64,000 nucleotides of DNA, from positions 384,001 through 448,000 of the forward strand of contig CAWDDT010000009.1 in NCBI GenBank assembly GCA_963801165.1, in the 5' to 3' direction. Under the pieces are notes generated by a model. It was not told where the DNA came from and did not search any database. It worked only from the letters and a program-made list of their open reading frames with translations. Numbering within the stretch: position 1 is the stretch's first letter; every line of letters starts with the position of its first letter. This stretch comes from an uncultured bacterium (lineage in GTDB: Bacteria; Actinomycetota; Acidimicrobiia; Spongiisociales; UBA5794). Made by a program: the position numbers and the translations under genes. This document shows positions 20,712 to 29,803 of the stretch, piece after piece.

Positions 20712-22025
20712 TTGAGAAGATCATGCACCCTCGTGCTCGTCGTACTGTCGATGCTGGCCACCGCCTGTAGCGGCGGTGCGCCCGAGGCGACGACTACTGC
20801 TGCGGACGGGAACGCCACGACGACCAGCGCCACCGGCGTCTCGACGGCAGGCGGGTCTGTCGTCTGCGCCGAGCCCGTGACCATCGGGGTGGTAACCGAT
20901 CTCACCGGCGGTCTGTCCATTTACGGTACCGAGCTGGAGCGGGGAGTAGTGGCCGGCCTGGCCTACGTGTCGGGCGAGGAGGCCCAGGAGGGTGACGATC
21001 AGACCTACCAGGTCGACGACTGTCGGGTCCGGGTGATCTTCGCCGACGACCAATCGAACCCGGAGGTTGCCGGGGTCGTCGCCCGCAGGCTGATCGAGGA
21101 CGAGGGGGTGGACGTGCTGGTTGGCTCGGCCGGTCCCGGAACCACTGCCCCGCTGGCCGCGGTGGCTGCGCAGGTCGGTGTCGTTCTGATCGCCACCTCC
21201 GACACGACGGGTGGGCTCAGCGAGTCCGATTTCGGTGTGAACACGTTCCTCCTGGCATTGAGTGCGGCGCAACATGCATATGCGACGTGTGGCTACCTGG
21301 CGGCGGCCGTCGGGGCCCACACCTTCGTTCAGATCGCCCCCGACTATCCGGCCGGTCGGCGGGCGGCGAGCGCGTTCCATGCCGCCTGTGAGTTGGCGGG
21401 TGGCGGGTTCGTTGCCGATGACGAGATGCTGTCGGCGGCCACCAACGACTTTGCCCCGGTGGTGGCGACCCTCGCTGCCGCGAGTCCCGACTCCGTCCTG
21501 CTCACCTGGCCGGGTGGCGGCCTCGGCTCGCTCATCACAGAGGCGGCGGCTGCTTTCCCGGGCGACACCGCTTTCGGGGTGACGTTTCCCCCGGACGTGA
21601 TTATGCCCATCTATTTCGACGGTGCGATCGGGTGGACCTCACCAATCACATATCACTACACGTCGCCGCAGACTGACGCCAACGACTTCCTGGTGCAGAC
21701 CGAATCCGTCTCAGGGTCGATTCCCGATCAGTTCGACGCCCTGGGCATGAACGCGACGCTGCTCGTTGTTGCGGCGCTCCGCAAGACCGGTGGCGTCACG
21801 GACACCGATGTACTGCGGGCTGCCATCGAAGACGCCGAGTTCGCCGGGCCGAAGGGAACGGTGGCCATCCGGGCGGCGGACCATCTGGCGATCCAGGACA
21901 CGTACATAGTCACCCTGGTCAGTACCGACGACCCGGAGCGGCGCTACTACGACACGGTAGCGACCATCCGGCCCGAGCCGCCTTGTCTCCTCGACGGAGA
22001 CGCCGCGACCCGGTGCGGCGGGTAG
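20712..22025 (+). CDS. ABC transporter substrate-binding lipoprotein (branched-chain amino acid type)
   Basis: Lipobox LATAC; IGVVTDLTGGLSIYG, DDQSNPE, GPKG...R..DH. Confidence 0.85.
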   Translation: MRRSCTLVLVVLSMLATACSGGAPEATTTAADGNATTTSATGVSTAGGSVVCAEPVTIGVVTDLTGGLSIYGTELERGVVAGLAYVSGEEAQEGDDQTYQVDDCRVRVIFADDQSNPEVAGVVARRLIEDEGVDVLVGSAGPGTTAPLAAVAAQVGVVLIATSDTTGGLSESDFGVNTFLLALSAAQHAYATCGYLAAAVGAHTFVQIAPDYPAGRRAASAFHAACELAGGGFVADDEMLSAATNDFAPVVATLAAASPDSVLLTWPGGGLGSLITEAAAAFPGDTAFGVTFPPDVIMPIYFDGAIGWTSPITYHYTSPQTDANDFLVQTESVSGSIPDQFDALGMNATLLVVAALRKTGGVTDTDVLRAAIEDAEFAGPKGTVAIRAADHLAIQDTYIVTLVSTDDPERRYYDTVATIRPEPPCLLDGDAATRCGG

Positions 22026-22083
22026 CCGCTCAGTTCGCGAAAACTTCCGACGGCTCGCGAAATCTGCGCCAGAAACACGGTTG

Positions 22084-22097
22084 CGAACGTGTGTTCG
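22084..22097. promoter_or_regulatory. LexA (SOS) box
   Basis: CGAAC-GTGT-GTTCG matches the Gram-positive/actinobacterial consensus CGAAC-N4-GTTCG, about 40 bp before an ATG. Confidence 0.75.
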
Positions 22098-22134
22098 GTG
22101 TCATAGGGTCGAAGCCTCACACGGAGATCGTCAC

Positions 22135-22944
22135 ATGGAGATCGTGATGGATTTCGGCTCAGACGGCGCACAGAGGATTGCGGACCTGCGCACGAAAGTG
22201 CGTCGCTACCAGGCGCGTTACGGCGAGCTCGAAGGCATGGTCGATCTGGAGAAGGCGAACCGTGCGCTTGCGGTGCGGCAACGGCGGCTCGATCAGCTCA
22301 GCGAAGAGTATCAGCGGATCGCCAGCCGGATGCGCTCGCTGACGGCGGAGGTCGAGCGAATCGAGCGCTGGATGGAGTTCTGCGTCGAGGATGTCGTCGC
22401 CAGGGCAAGACGGGCGCATGCCGAGGGATGGTCGCCGACCGCGGTGCTGGGGTACCGGCTGTGGGCCGTCGGTCCCGACGGGATGCACGGTGTCAAGATG
22501 GCATGGCGTGAGCGAAAGATGACTGCGACGTGTCTGGCGCGGGGCGGCTCCGATGAGATCCCGCACACCGATGGTCGGTGTGGCCGGCTCGGCTGCGGTG
22601 TCTATGCAGCAAAGAGCATCGACCCGCTTTTCCGGGGGTTTGACGTAGCCGGCATCGGGGATGTCGCCGTCGGGCTGGTGGCCCTGACCGGCAAGGTCGT
22701 CGAGCACGAGACGGGTTACCGAGCGGCCGAGGCAACGGTGGTCGCGCTCGGTGCCTGCCACGGTTCGCATCTCCTGTTGACCGGCGACCCCGACCACATC
22801 GACCGGGTGTTCGCCGACCCGGGTCTCATCACAAACGAACCCGTCGTGGAAACACAGCAAGAGCGCCTCCTCGAGATGGAGACGTACGTCGAGCAAGCAG
22901 CAAGGAGGGCCACCCCATGGACATTGGCGAGCAGCAGCGAGTGA
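22135..22944 (+). CDS. Hypothetical protein (coiled coil + GYRLW/GCGVYA/GYRA domain)
   Basis: Open frame with RBS; Cys/His cluster C..H..C..GCG. Confidence 0.8.
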   Translation: MEIVMDFGSDGAQRIADLRTKVRRYQARYGELEGMVDLEKANRALAVRQRRLDQLSEEYQRIASRMRSLTAEVERIERWMEFCVEDVVARARRAHAEGWSPTAVLGYRLWAVGPDGMHGVKMAWRERKMTATCLARGGSDEIPHTDGRCGRLGCGVYAAKSIDPLFRGFDVAGIGDVAVGLVALTGKVVEHETGYRAAEATVVALGACHGSHLLLTGDPDHIDRVFADPGLITNEPVVETQQERLLEMETYVEQAARRATPWTLASSSE

Positions 22945-23072
22945 TCATCGTCGAGGTCGACGAGTCAACGAACAAGCCGGATCCGGCTGAGGAGACGCAA
23001 CCAGTGCGCACGCCGGACACCGCGGCCGCCTGGCCGCTACCACTTGATCTCGAGCCAGAGCCGGTTGGTTAG
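22917..23072 (+). CDS. Small acidic protein, 51 aa (MDIGEQQRVIIVEVDE...EPEPVG)
   Basis: Strong RBS AAGGAGG before ATG; overlaps end of the upstream gene; below the ORF-track cutoff. Confidence 0.65.
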   Translation: MDIGEQQRVIIVEVDESTNKPDPAEETQPVRTPDTAAAWPLPLDLEPEPVG

Positions 23073-23237
23073 CGCCCAACCCGGTCGGCGGCCCCGATGG
23101 GGCCGTGCCACGGCTCGCCGTGCCGGGGGTGGACGCGGCCCGCGCAGCGACTCGTCGCAATTTGCGCGAGACTCTATTGTGTGAACCTCGTGGTGAAGCC
23201 ACGGGGAGAGAACGTCGGTCCGGCTGGCAGAGGGGCA

Positions 23238-23669
23238 ATGAAAACGAACAGCATTTGGATCTGGATGACGATCGCAGCGATCTGGGTCACCATTCTGATC
23301 ATGAGTATGGGGTCGCCGACTCTCCAATTCGGGTCCGACCCGGTGGTGATCGACGTCGGCATCATCATGGACTGGTTCTGGGGCTTGGTGGGAACGGTCG
23401 GCGTTCTCCGGCTGACAATGTTCCGTCGTCCGGCGGAGGTCGGCTGGGGTCAGGACACTGCCTGGCCGTGGGTGTTCGGTATTGTCGCCGCAATGTGGCT
23501 TGCCGCAGCAGTAGCCGCCATCAGCTTGCCGGTATTCGATTTGGGTGAGGACATCGTTATCCCCGTTGCCGCGATTGTGGCGCCCATCTCGGCGGCGATG
23601 CTCACCTGGTACGCCTGCGAGTTCCTCGTTGCCGGGTTCGCCGCTCGACGAGGCAGTACGCCTGCGTAA
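23238..23669 (+). CDS. Hypothetical membrane protein (4 TM)
   Basis: Four hydrophobic Trp-rich helices. Confidence 0.75.
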   Translation: MKTNSIWIWMTIAAIWVTILIMSMGSPTLQFGSDPVVIDVGIIMDWFWGLVGTVGVLRLTMFRRPAEVGWGQDTAWPWVFGIVAAMWLAAAVAAISLPVFDLGEDIVIPVAAIVAPISAAMLTWYACEFLVAGFAARRGSTPA

Positions 23670-23718
23670 ATCACACGCGTTCTAGCCTTCTTGGATGGTC
23701 GGAGGGGCACGAGACAAC

Positions 23719-25176
23719 ATGGACGGGCTGACGCGGCGTGACGGTAGGCTCCCGCTGGTGGCCGCCGCGCTGTCCGCTCTGCTACCGGGCTTGGGGCAGC
23801 TCTATGCGGGCAGGAAATGGCGAGCGGTGTGGTACTTCGCCGTCGCCACCGGGATCGTAGGAGTCGTGGCGGCCGTCTGGATCGACGACCCGAAGACGTT
23901 TCTCAAGCTCGCTTTCGATCCGACCGTTCTCGTGGTGCTGCTCTTCGCCAACGCGGCGTTGTTTCTGTTGCGGGCCTTTGCCGCCGTCGACGCGTACCGT
24001 CTGCTGGGGCGGGTGGCCGCGCCGAGGTGGGCGACATGGACTCTGGTGCCGGCCATCGGGTTGGTGCTGCTCGTTCCCCACGCCTGGCTCGCCTACTACG
24101 ACGGGGTTCAGTACGACCTGATAAACACCCTGTTTGCCGACCCCACAACCACAACCACGACCACCACCACAACAACGACCACCGCAGTGGCGCCAACGAC
24201 CGATCCCGGGACGGGTGTTACGCCGTCGTCGACCACCACCACAACCACCACGACGACCACGACCACGACGACCGAGCCTCCGGCGCCGTGGGACGGTCTC
24301 GACCGGCTCAACATCCTATTGCTGGGCGGCGACGCCGGGGTGGGCAGAACCGGGGTGCGCACCGACACGATGATCGTCGCCAGCGTCGACCTGAACACCG
24401 GTGATCTGGCGTTGATCAGCATTCCCCGCAACTTCGCCAGGGTGCCGGTGGCCGACGACGTCGGTATCTTCTCATGCAACTGCTTCCCCGACATCCTCAA
24501 CGCGCTGTACATCTATGGGGAGAACCATCCCGATTCGTTCCCCGGGCCCGATACGCCGGGCGCCAACGCCATCAAGGGAGCGATCACCCAGCTGACCGGT
24601 CTCCCGATCGACTACTACGCCCTGGTGGCGCTGGACGGTTTCGTCGATGTCATCGACGCCCTGGGAGGGGTCGAGATCACGGTGACCGAGCGGGTCTTCG
24701 ACCCTGCCTACCCCAGTGAGGACGGCGGTACCGAACCCGTCAATTGGGAGCCCGGCACCTACAAGATGAACGGCCATGAGGCCCTCACCTATGCCAGGAC
24801 CCGATACTCCGACGACGATTATCACCGGATGAGCCGGCAGCGCTGCGTCATAGAGGACGTTCTGCGACAGGCCGATCCGTTCTCGCTCGTGCGCAACTTC
24901 CCCAAGCTCGCGGATGTGATCAAGAGCAGCGTCGAGACCGATATCCCGCTCGATGTCGTCCCCGACCTCATCGACCTCATGTCGATCGTCAACACCGACG
25001 AGGCGGTCTCGCTGCGTCTCGTGCCCCCGACCTACGTCTCGGGTCACACCGAGGACGGATACAACATCCCGGACGTCGACCGGATCCACGAGGACGTCAG
25101 GATCGCAACCAGCCTCCCCGCCGCCGAAGCCCGGGTGCAGCTCGGGATCGACCCCGCCGAGGACTCCTGCGGCTAG
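23719..25176 (+). CDS. LCP (LytR-CpsA-Psr) family protein with Thr-rich linker
   Basis: N-terminal TMs; NILLLGGD, RTDTMIV, SIPRN, ARTR..DDDY.R..RQ. Confidence 0.93.
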   Translation: MDGLTRRDGRLPLVAAALSALLPGLGQLYAGRKWRAVWYFAVATGIVGVVAAVWIDDPKTFLKLAFDPTVLVVLLFANAALFLLRAFAAVDAYRLLGRVAAPRWATWTLVPAIGLVLLVPHAWLAYYDGVQYDLINTLFADPTTTTTTTTTTTTTAVAPTTDPGTGVTPSSTTTTTTTTTTTTTTEPPAPWDGLDRLNILLLGGDAGVGRTGVRTDTMIVASVDLNTGDLALISIPRNFARVPVADDVGIFSCNCFPDILNALYIYGENHPDSFPGPDTPGANAIKGAITQLTGLPIDYYALVALDGFVDVIDALGGVEITVTERVFDPAYPSEDGGTEPVNWEPGTYKMNGHEALTYARTRYSDDDYHRMSRQRCVIEDVLRQADPFSLVRNFPKLADVIKSSVETDIPLDVVPDLIDLMSIVNTDEAVSLRLVPPTYVSGHTEDGYNIPDVDRIHEDVRIATSLPAAEARVQLGIDPAEDSCG

Positions 25177-25259
25177 GTCTTGCCGCGAGTGGTTACCCGA
25201 CGTGTCGAGGTGCCGACAGGGGGAATGGTGTCCAGGGGGGACGCCGCGAGGTGCTCAGC

Positions 25260-25517
25260 ATGGTCCCGGTAGAACTCGTCAGCGGTCGACGGCTTCTCTT
25301 GAACGTACATGTGATTGAGTCGATCGAAGAGCTGGCGAGCGGATCGGTGGTCGTCACCGACAGCCAGCGGTACCGAGTCATCGACTCTGCGGACTGCCTG
25401 GTTGAAGCGATCGAGGCTGTGCGCCGGAAAGCAAGAGCGATCGCCCTGGAGCGATTGCAGCCGCGGCGGGTGGAGTTGCAAGTCGTTGCCGCCCTCGGCG
25501 GGGACAGCGGGGCCTAG
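25260..25517 (+). CDS. FlbD/SwrD-like small protein
   Basis: GRRLLLN..VIESIEE...S.V......RYRV.DS...LVEAI pattern. Confidence 0.5.
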   Translation: MVPVELVSGRRLLLNVHVIESIEELASGSVVVTDSQRYRVIDSADCLVEAIEAVRRKARAIALERLQPRRVELQVVAALGGDSGA

Positions 25518-25605
25518 GTGCGCTACCCCCGGCTTCTGGGGTCTCTTCGTAGCTGACAGTCTGCTCTGGTCGATCGGGGACGTTGCCGTCGTAGGATCGT
25601 GGGCG

Positions 25606-26409
25606 ATGGCCCACTTTGCCGAATACGCGCCGTGCGGACCAGGCCGCCGCCCTCCCGCCGACCTCCTTATCGGTGCCGCGGATCAACGACACGCCGATGG
25701 CATAGCTGCGCTGCATGCCGCCCGCGAAGGGGTCTCCAGCGAGCAATCGAGAGAATGGGCGCAGCGAGCGCTGGACCGAGCCGGTGAGCGGTCGTACCTC
25801 GTTGTGGCGGAGACGGGTGGCCGTGTTGTCGGATACGGCCTGGCGGGATGGCTCGACAGCGAGACGGCCCCGCACGGGTTCTATCTCCTGGGTATCGTCA
25901 CCGACCCGTCGTTTCGACGGATGGGTATCGCCCACGAGATCACACTGCAGCGACTCGATTGGATACGAGAACGCGCCGACGAGGCGTTCTACTTTGCCAA
26001 CGCCGCCAACGCCGCAACCATCGACTTACACGCCAGATTCGGGTTTCGTGAGGTGCAGCGGGCGTCCGAGATTGCCGGCGTCACCTTTGACGGAGGGTCT
26101 GGGATCTTGTATCGAGCCGCACTCACCGCCGACCCGCATCCGAGTGCGAGCAGCGGCACCTGGGCGGTCACCGTCGGGAGCACCGGCGTTCGTTTCAGCC
26201 CCGGCCCGGGCGAGGCGTCGGTGGCTCCACCTGACGCCGCCATCAAGGCGGTCCTGGCGGACGGAACTGAGGTGACGCCGAGGATGGAGCTCGTGGCCGA
26301 CGAGGATGGTGGTGGCTTCTGGCACCGGTTCGACCCGCCGCTGGCCAACGGTTCGGTCATCTATCTGAACGGGTCGGCCATCATGACCGTAGGTCCAGCC
26401 GCGCCGTAG
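25606..26409 (+). CDS. GNAT acetyltransferase with C-terminal extension
   Basis: VVGYG, GIVTDPSFRRMGIA, NAATIDLHARFGF. Confidence 0.8.
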   Translation: MAHFAEYAPCGPGRRPPADLLIGAADQRHADGIAALHAAREGVSSEQSREWAQRALDRAGERSYLVVAETGGRVVGYGLAGWLDSETAPHGFYLLGIVTDPSFRRMGIAHEITLQRLDWIRERADEAFYFANAANAATIDLHARFGFREVQRASEIAGVTFDGGSGILYRAALTADPHPSASSGTWAVTVGSTGVRFSPGPGEASVAPPDAAIKAVLADGTEVTPRMELVADEDGGGFWHRFDPPLANGSVIYLNGSAIMTVGPAAP

Positions 26410-26431
26410 GTCGCAACGAGGAGGACAACAC

Positions 26432-26884
26432 GTGCAAATCGACCTGAGCCAGGCAAGGTGGGTGCACGACATCGACACCGTCGATTGGCAGGAGCTCTCC
26501 GATCTCTACCGGAGCGCCCCGCTCGGGGACAAGCCGCCGGAGCGGCTGCGCACGGTTTTCGGCAACAGCATGTTCCCCTGTTTCGTCTACCTCGGCGGGC
26601 ACCTGATCGGAGCCGGCAGAGCCATTGCCGACGGGCTCGACTGCGCTTATGTCGCCGATGTGGCCGTTCACCGCGACTACCAGGGCAATGGGGTAGGCGC
26701 GGCGATCATCCGCAAGCTCCTTGACGTCACCTCGGGACACAAGAAGGTCATCCTCTATGCCAACCCGGGCACCGAGGGCTTCTACTCGGCTCTCGGGTTC
26801 CTGCCGATGACCACCGCCATGGCTGTGTGGGCGGACCCGGAACGGGCGGTTGCCGTCGGGCTTGCCCGTGTGGTCGATCGTTGA
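26432..26884 (+). CDS. GNAT acetyltransferase
   Basis: DVAVHRDYQGNGVG, EGFYSALGF. Confidence 0.92.
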   Translation: MQIDLSQARWVHDIDTVDWQELSDLYRSAPLGDKPPERLRTVFGNSMFPCFVYLGGHLIGAGRAIADGLDCAYVADVAVHRDYQGNGVGAAIIRKLLDVTSGHKKVILYANPGTEGFYSALGFLPMTTAMAVWADPERAVAVGLARVVDR

Positions 26885-26964
26885 AAAGACCACCGCCGGA
26901 GAGTCCCGATCTCCGCGGTGCGCCCGCCTGAGGTCGCCGGCGAGATAGTCTCCGCAGGAGACTC

Positions 26965-27642
26965 ATGGTCGAAGCAGAATCAATCGCAAACGCCCGGCCG
27001 GGCGCAATCATCACAATCGGCAAGTACCCGCATACGGCCGCGGGGACGGACAGCACGCCGATTCAGTGGCTAGTCCTCGAGAACTCCGGCAGCGAGCTGC
27101 TCGTGTTGAGCAGGTACATCCTGGACTGCAGGCGCTATCACACTGAGTTTGCGGCCACTACATGGCGTGACTGCGACCTGCGGCGCTGGCTGCACGATGA
27201 GTTCTACGACGCCGTCTTCAGTGCTGCCGAAAAGCGGGTGGTCAACACCGCACACAACACAGACAACGGCGAGGGCAGCCCGGACACCGACGACAAGGTA
27301 TTCCTCCTTGGCGTCGCCGCGGTGCACCGGGCTACTCAGGAGCTCGGCAGCGACTTTCGACGCACCAGAGGGACCGAGTTCGCCAAAGTGGAGAAGGCGG
27401 ATGGCTGCCATCTGTACGTGATGGACAAGCACGTCGACGCCGACTACATAACCGAGGGCGGCACGAGGTATGGCTGCTCATGGTGGTGGCTGAGAGACCA
27501 AGGAAGGCTGAAGGAGAAGGGGAACGACCCGTCGCGTGCCGCATTTGTCGGCACACGGGCCAGCATCCGCTACTACGCCCGTGTCGATCTCAACCGCGAC
27601 GGCGTGCGCCCTGCAATGAGGATCGATCTGTCGAAGGGGTGA
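26965..27642 (+). CDS. DUF6273-like protein
   Basis: PIQWLVLE, TW..CDLRRWL..EFY..VFS..EK, TDDKVFLL, WWWLR, GVRPA. Confidence 0.8.
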   Translation: MVEAESIANARPGAIITIGKYPHTAAGTDSTPIQWLVLENSGSELLVLSRYILDCRRYHTEFAATTWRDCDLRRWLHDEFYDAVFSAAEKRVVNTAHNTDNGEGSPDTDDKVFLLGVAAVHRATQELGSDFRRTRGTEFAKVEKADGCHLYVMDKHVDADYITEGGTRYGCSWWWLRDQGRLKEKGNDPSRAAFVGTRASIRYYARVDLNRDGVRPAMRIDLSKG

Positions 27643-27778
27643 GAGCCGTCGGGTTGCCTGCCGCCCTTGGTTGTCTCACTCCAGTCACGCGGACAGTACA
27701 TGCATCGGACATGTCGATCGACGTCCATCCCGTGTACGTCGTCTGTAGGTTGGTGGGACATGACCGACGGGATGACTG

Positions 27779-29803
27779 TTGATTGTATTCATTGCACACT
27801 TGCCGCTCGTCAGGATGGAGCGGGAGGATGATGTCCCGATGGGCCGAGGGGTGCTGACCAAGGTTCCGTGGGATCAGTACGACTCGCTGACCCTTGGTTC
27901 GTTCACCGACTGGAAACCCAGGTACGAGGCAGCCGACCCGGTCTTCTTCTGGTTCCAGGCCGACATCGATCTTCCTTTCGTGCATCCGGGTCCGGCACAA
28001 CAGGCCGGGATGATGGAGATGAAGCTGCCTCGGGCCACCTGGCGGGACACCCTGCCGGGTCTCGGGCTCGACGTGCTCAACGTGTTCCACGACCGATTTG
28101 TCGATCCGGTGTGGGCAGCCCTGGCGCTTGCGGCGCCGGCCGCGCTACCGGTAGATCCGCGGTCTTCGATCTCGTTTCTGATGCCGGCGGGTGGGCGGCA
28201 GCACATCGAGCTGTCGGGGGCCGAGTTCGAAGGGGTCCGCGTGCAGGGCGATGCCGACCAGGAGCTCGTGTTCCTCGCGGACGCTACGAGCACGCCGTTG
28301 ACCGATGTCGCTCTAGCCCGAACCGCCGAGCTGTGTGAGCTCACGGAGCGGGTCTTCACCGATGAGCCGGACTCCTCAGGTCTCATGCGCCGGCTGCTTG
28401 GTGTCAACGAGATCACCTTCGCACCACATGAACGGTCGCTGCTGGCGGTCACAGACCTCGAAGACCTTCTGCTGCCCGATGTGGTGGACGCCCCGGGCGA
28501 CACGCTCGCACGACGCGTGGCGAATCTGCTCGGTGGGGGCGAAGAGCGCCGCACCGTGTTGCGCGACATTGCTCGGAACGTGTACCGCCAGAGGAGCTCC
28601 GTAGTGCACGGCAACGCGGGCGCCGCGGCCCCTCCTGGCGACCTGCCCCCGGAGGCGGCGGTACAGCTGCTGGCGGGCGCGGTGCTGGAGCTGGCACGGA
28701 CCGGTGCCGGTGGTGATCCTTCGGTGGACCTCCTGGCCCGGCTGGACCAGGAACCAACGGGAACCGGCACCGTCGACATCGAGATGGAACCGGCGACGCT
28801 TGCCGCCGCCTACCGGCTCGGGCCGCTGCGACCGTGGTCGTCGGCCACCTGGTCGTCCTCAGGGAATCGAGGGGTCGGAGAAGACACGCTGTGGAGTTGG
28901 TCCCCGTTGATCGACCTCGGTCTCGATGGAGGGGTGGTTGTCGATAACGACCTGCCCATGACCCTGACTTCGATGGATGCCGAGGAGATTGTCAGCATGG
29001 AGGAGAAGGACATTCGCCGCGACTTCATCGCAAAGTTACGGCTCGAGGAGCCGGTTGCGGCTCTGGCGACCTCGGTCGGGCGGCAAGACGCCTTTGTCGA
29101 CGACGAAACGGTGGCGCTGCTCACGCGGCGTCGTGACCTGGCGGTCGCCGGGCTACGCATGTGCGGGTTTTCGGCGTTTATCGATCCCGAGCTGTTGGGC
29201 TGGTACATGTATCACGGCCTGATGCGCTCACGGAGGGAAACGGTGCTCCGCCAATCGGTCCTGATGGCCATGGGCACACCACCACCAGTGCGGGTAGGGC
29301 CCGGCGACGCGGGCGCGGTCCTCGGGTCATGGAAGCTTGTTGCCCGGTACGACGCCGAGGCGCGTGACCCCGCTATCGACAGAACGCTCGATCTCTACCG
29401 AAGAGCTCACGACCGGCGGTTCATCCCAACCGAGACCCGGGCGGTTCTGGCAGTCATCTGTCTCGAAAGCCTGCTGGGCGAGTTCCGCCCCAAGAAGTCG
29501 GGAATCCAGTTCGAGGACTGCGTAGGGGTGCTCGACGATGTCCCGCGAGAGGCAGTGGCATGGTGCACGAGCGAGGGGCGACAGTTCCGTAACCTGGTTG
29601 CCCATGGCTCGTGGCATCCCGAGCCCATCGAACAAGCGGAGATCGCGACGACCGATCACCCTCCCGTCGCCCATCTGTTGGCGATCACAGGCGCAGCAGT
29701 CCGCACGTTGTTGCCAATCTGGCTCGAGTCGGAGCCAAGGGTGCGGACATACCACGGTCCGAGCAAGCTGCTGGTGCGGGCAGTCGGCGAGCGGTTGGCA
29801 TGA
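27779..29803 (+). CDS. Protein with two HEPN (ApeA-like) domains
   Basis: Two RxxxxH motifs, YRQRSSVVHG (~28592) and FRNLVAHG (~29588), each preceded by an upstream LE.LL helix. Confidence 0.8.
   Translation: MIVFIAHLPLVRMEREDDVPMGRGVLTKVPWDQYDSLTLGSFTDWKPRYEAADPVFFWFQADIDLPFVHPGPAQQAGMMEMKLPRATWRDTLPGLGLDVLNVFHDRFVDPVWAALALAAPAALPVDPRSSISFLMPAGGRQHIELSGAEFEGVRVQGDADQELVFLADATSTPLTDVALARTAELCELTERVFTDEPDSSGLMRRLLGVNEITFAPHERSLLAVTDLEDLLLPDVVDAPGDTLARRVANLLGGGEERRTVLRDIARNVYRQRSSVVHGNAGAAAPPGDLPPEAAVQLLAGAVLELARTGAGGDPSVDLLARLDQEPTGTGTVDIEMEPATLAAAYRLGPLRPWSSATWSSSGNRGVGEDTLWSWSPLIDLGLDGGVVVDNDLPMTLTSMDAEEIVSMEEKDIRRDFIAKLRLEEPVAALATSVGRQDAFVDDETVALLTRRRDLAVAGLRMCGFSAFIDPELLGWYMYHGLMRSRRETVLRQSVLMAMGTPPPVRVGPGDAGAVLGSWKLVARYDAEARDPAIDRTLDLYRRAHDRRFIPTETRAVLAVICLESLLGEFRPKKSGIQFEDCVGVLDDVPREAVAWCTSEGRQFRNLVAHGSWHPEPIEQAEIATTDHPPVAHLLAITGAAVRTLLPIWLESEPRVRTYHGPSKLLVRAVGERLA

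Noticed and set aside
24145-24273. ACN trinucleotide runs resembling a microsatellite or array
   Set aside because: They encode poly-Thr linkers of the LCP protein with mixed synonymous codons.
26965-27642. Diversity-generating retroelement target
   Set aside because: No reverse transcriptase and no template repeat in the window.
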